This document shows positions 30,916 through 33,184 of a stretch of 33,184 nucleotides of DNA, piece after piece. The DNA is from Chiloscyllium plagiosum (taxonomy: Eukaryota). Positions within the stretch are counted from its first letter, which is position 1. Every line of letters starts with the position of its first letter. Location of the stretch: contig NC_057718.1 of NCBI RefSeq assembly GCF_004010195.1, positions 102,434,120-102,467,303 on the forward strand. The letters run 5' to 3'. The notes beneath the pieces were generated by a model. That model was given only the letters and a program-made list of their open reading frames with translations. It was not told where the DNA came from and searched no databases. The translations under genes and the position numbers were made by a program.

Positions 30916-33183
30916 CTATAAACTCTCAGCTGTCAAATGTCCTGTACCATTCCCATCACTGCCAGCATCCTCCTCATTAGGGCTGAGGGGCCACTCAGAG
31001 ATTTGAGGAGAGGTACCAGCTGTTAGAATGATAGAATCCATGCTGGGACCACTGGGTTCTGTGCTGGGACCACTGGGATCCGTGCTGTGCCCACTGGGAT
31101 CCGTGCTGGGACCACTGGGATCCGTGCTGGGACCACTGGGATCCGTGCTGAGACCGCTGGGATCCGTGTCGGGACCGCTGGGATCCGTGCTGCGACCGCT
31201 GGGATCCGTGCTGAGACCGCTGGGATCCGTGTCGGGACCGCTGGGATCCGTGCGGAGACCACTGGGTTCCGTGCGGAGACCACTGGGTTCCGTGCTGGGA
31301 CCGCTGGGTTCCGTGCGGAGACCGCTGGGTTCCGTGCTGGGACCGCTGGGTTCCGTGCTGGGACCGCTGGGTTCCGTGCGGAGACCGCTGGGTTCCGTGC
31401 GGAGACCGCTGGGTTCCGTGCGGAGACCACTGGGTTCCGTGCTGGGACCGCTGGGTTCCGTGCTGGGACCGCTGGGTTCCGTGCGGGGACCGCTGGGTTC
31501 CGTGCGGAGACTGCTGGGTTCCGTGCGGAGACCACTGGGTTCCGTGCTGGGACCGCTGGGTTCCGTGCTGGGACCGCTGGGTTCCGTGCGGGGACCGCTG
31601 GGTTCCGTGCTGGGACCGCTGGGTTCCGTGCGGGGACCGCTGGGTTCCGTGCGGGGACCGCTGGGTTCCGTGCGGGGACCGCTGGGTGCCGTGCGGGGAC
31701 CGCTGGGTGCCGTGCGGGGACCGCTGGGTGCCGTGCTTGGACCGCTGGGTGCCGTGCTGGGACCAATACTACGTTCCGTGCTGAGACCACTGGGATCCGT
31801 GTAGCGACCGCTGGGTTCCGTGCTGAAACCACTGGGTTCCGTACTGGGACCGCTGCGTTCCGTGCTGGAACTAATACTACGTTCCGTGCTGGGACTACTG
31901 CGTTCCGTGCTGAGACCACTGGGATCCGTGCTGGGACCAATGGGTTCTGTGCTGGGACCACTGCGTTCCATGCTGGAACTAATACTACGTTCCGTGCTGG
32001 GACTACTGGGATCCGTGCTGGGATCACTGGGATCCGTGCTGGGACCACTGGGTTCCGTGCTGGGACCACTGGGTTCCGTGCTGGGACCACTGGGATCCGT
32101 GCTGAGACCGCTGCGTTCCGTGCTGGAACTAATACTACGTTCCGTGCTGGGTCTACTGGGTTCCGTGCTGAGACCACTGGGTTCCATGCTGAGACCACTG
32201 GGTTCCGTGCTGAGACCACTGGGTTCCGTGCTGGGACTGCTGCGTTCCGTGCTGGAACTAATACTACGTTCCGTGCTGGGACTACTGCGTTCCGTGCTGA
32301 GACCACTGGGATCCGTGTAGCGACCACTGGGTTCCGTGTTGGGACCACTGGGTTCCGTGCTGAAACCATTGGGTTCCGTGCTGGGACCACTGGGTTCCGT
32401 GCTGGGACCACTGGGTTCCGTGCTGGGACCACTGGGATCCGTGCTGGGACCACTGGGTTCCGTGCTGAGACCACTGAGATCCGTGTTGCGACCACTGGGT
32501 TCCGTGCTGGGACCACTGGGATCCGTGCTGGGACCACTGGGATTCTTGCTGGGACCACTGGGTTCCGTGCTGGGACCACTGGGTTCCAAGCTGGGACCAC
32601 TGGGTTCCGTGTTGGGACCACTGGGTTCCGTGTTGGGACCACTGGGTTCCGTGCTGGGACCACTGGAATCCGTACTGGGACCACTGGGATCCGTGCTGGG
32701 AAAACTGGGATCCGTGCTGGGACTACTGGGTTCCGTGCTTGGACTACTGCGTTCCAAGCTGGGACCACTGGGTTCCGTGCTGAGACCACTGGGTTCCGTG
32801 CTGAGACCAATGGGTTCTGTGCTGGGACCACTGCGTTCCGTGCTGGAACTAATACTACGTTCCGTGCTGGGACTACTGGGATCCGTGCTGGGACCACTGG
32901 GTTCCGTGCTGAGACCACTTGGTTCCGTGCTGGGACCACTGGGTTCCGTGCTGGGACTACTGGGTTCCGTGCTGGGACTAGTGGGTTCAGTGCTGGGACT
33001 ACTGGGTTCCGTGCTGGGACTAGTGGGTTCAGTGCTGAGACCACTGGGTTCGGTGCTGGGACCACTGGGTTCGGTGCTGGGACCACTGGGTTCGGTGCTG
33101 AGACCACTGCGTTCCGTGCTGAGACCACTGCGTTCCGTGTTGAGACCACTGGGATCCGTGCTGAGACCACTGGGATCCGTGCT
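30916..33183 (-). CDS. Possible mucin-like Ser/Pro/Thr repeat exon, (PSGPSTE)n; may be a non-coding by-product of the minisatellite
   Basis: I read the frame upstream of the listed start (32757) and found no stop up to the window end; it continues ~40 codons into unique sequence (…EEDAGSDGNGTGHLTAESL*). No start, signal peptide or homology is visible. Confidence 0.3.
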   Translation of the reverse strand, partial: STDPSGLSTDPSGLNTERSGLSTERSGLSTEPSGPSTEPSGPSTEPSGLSTEPTSPSTEPSSPSTEPTSPSTEPSSPSTEPSGPSTEPSGLSTEPSGPSTDPSSPSTERSISSSTERSGPSTEPIGLSTEPSGLSTEPSGPSLERSSPSTEPSSPSTDPSFPSTDPSGPSTDSSGPSTEPSGPNTEPSGPNTEPSGPSLEPSGPSTEPSGPSKNPSGPSTDPSGPSTEPSGRNTDLSGLSTEPSGPSTDPSGPSTEPSGPSTEPSGPSTEPNGFSTEPSGPNTEPSGRYTDPSGLSTERSSPSTERSISSSTERSSPSTEPSGLSTEPSGLSMEPSGLSTEPSRPSTERSISSSTERSGLSTDPSGPSTEPSGPSTEPSGPSTDPSDPSTDPSSPSTERSISSSMERSGPSTEPIGPSTDPSGLSTERSSPSTERSISSSTERSGPSTEPSGFSTEPSGRYTDPSGLSTERSIGPSTAPSGPSTAPSGPRTAPSGPRTAPSGPRTEPSGPRTEPSGPRTEPSGPSTEPSGPRTEPSGPSTEPSGPSTEPSGLRTEPSSLRTEPSGPRTEPSGPSTEPSGPSTEPSGLRTEPSGLRTEPSGLRTEPSGPSTEPSGPSTEPSGLRTEPSGPSTEPSGLRTEPSGLRTDPSGPDTDPSGLSTDPSGRSTDPSGPDTDPSGLSTDPSGPSTDPSGPSTDPSGHSTDPSGPSTEPSGPSMDSIILTAGTSPQISEWPLSPNEEDAGSDGNGTGHLTAESL

Positions 33184-33184
33184 G
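31036..33184. repeat. 21-bp GC-rich minisatellite, ~100 units, runs off the window end
   Basis: Consensus ccgtgctgggaccactgggtt; unit phase is preserved throughout the array. Confidence 0.98.

Noticed and set aside
31023..33170. ORFs (PVVPARN)n on the minus strand and (LGPLGSV)n on the plus strand
   Set aside because: These are alternative frames of the same 21-mer. The plus frame is broken by TAG at ~31802 and ~32318, and the minus frame stops right at the array edge.
31036..33184. CRISPR array or collagen-like gene
   Set aside because: There are no unique spacers, the context is eukaryotic, and there is no Gly-X-Y periodicity.

Overview
Repeat-dense vertebrate genomic DNA, most likely from a shark, judged from the HE1-type SINEs, CR1-type LINEs and chondrichthyan-style Penelope-derived repeats. 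Two host genes lie head-to-head. On the minus strand is the first coding exon of pleckstrin (PLEK, 10465-10512), which the ORF track misses; I found no further PLEK exons in the window. On the plus strand are the first two coding exons of CNRIP1 (21212-21390, 22179-22323); its third exon was not found. Most other ORFs in the track are fragments of transposable elements: CR1 LINEs, a second CR1/L2-group LINE, tRNA-derived SINEs, two 5'-truncated Penelope (GIY-YIG) elements, a decayed pogo-type transposase and a TA-flanked MITE, often nested inside each other. The most notable observations are (i) many short fold-back Penelope-terminus elements carrying minimal hammerhead-ribozyme cores, three of them with 12-15 bp target-site duplications, and (ii) a ~100-unit 21-bp minisatellite at the right end whose minus strand is stop-free for at least 755 codons of mucin-like (PSGPSTE)n. 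Family names and homologies come from recall of known sequences, not from searches. Repeat boundaries are approximate. There are two assembly gaps (615-1068, 16290-16345).
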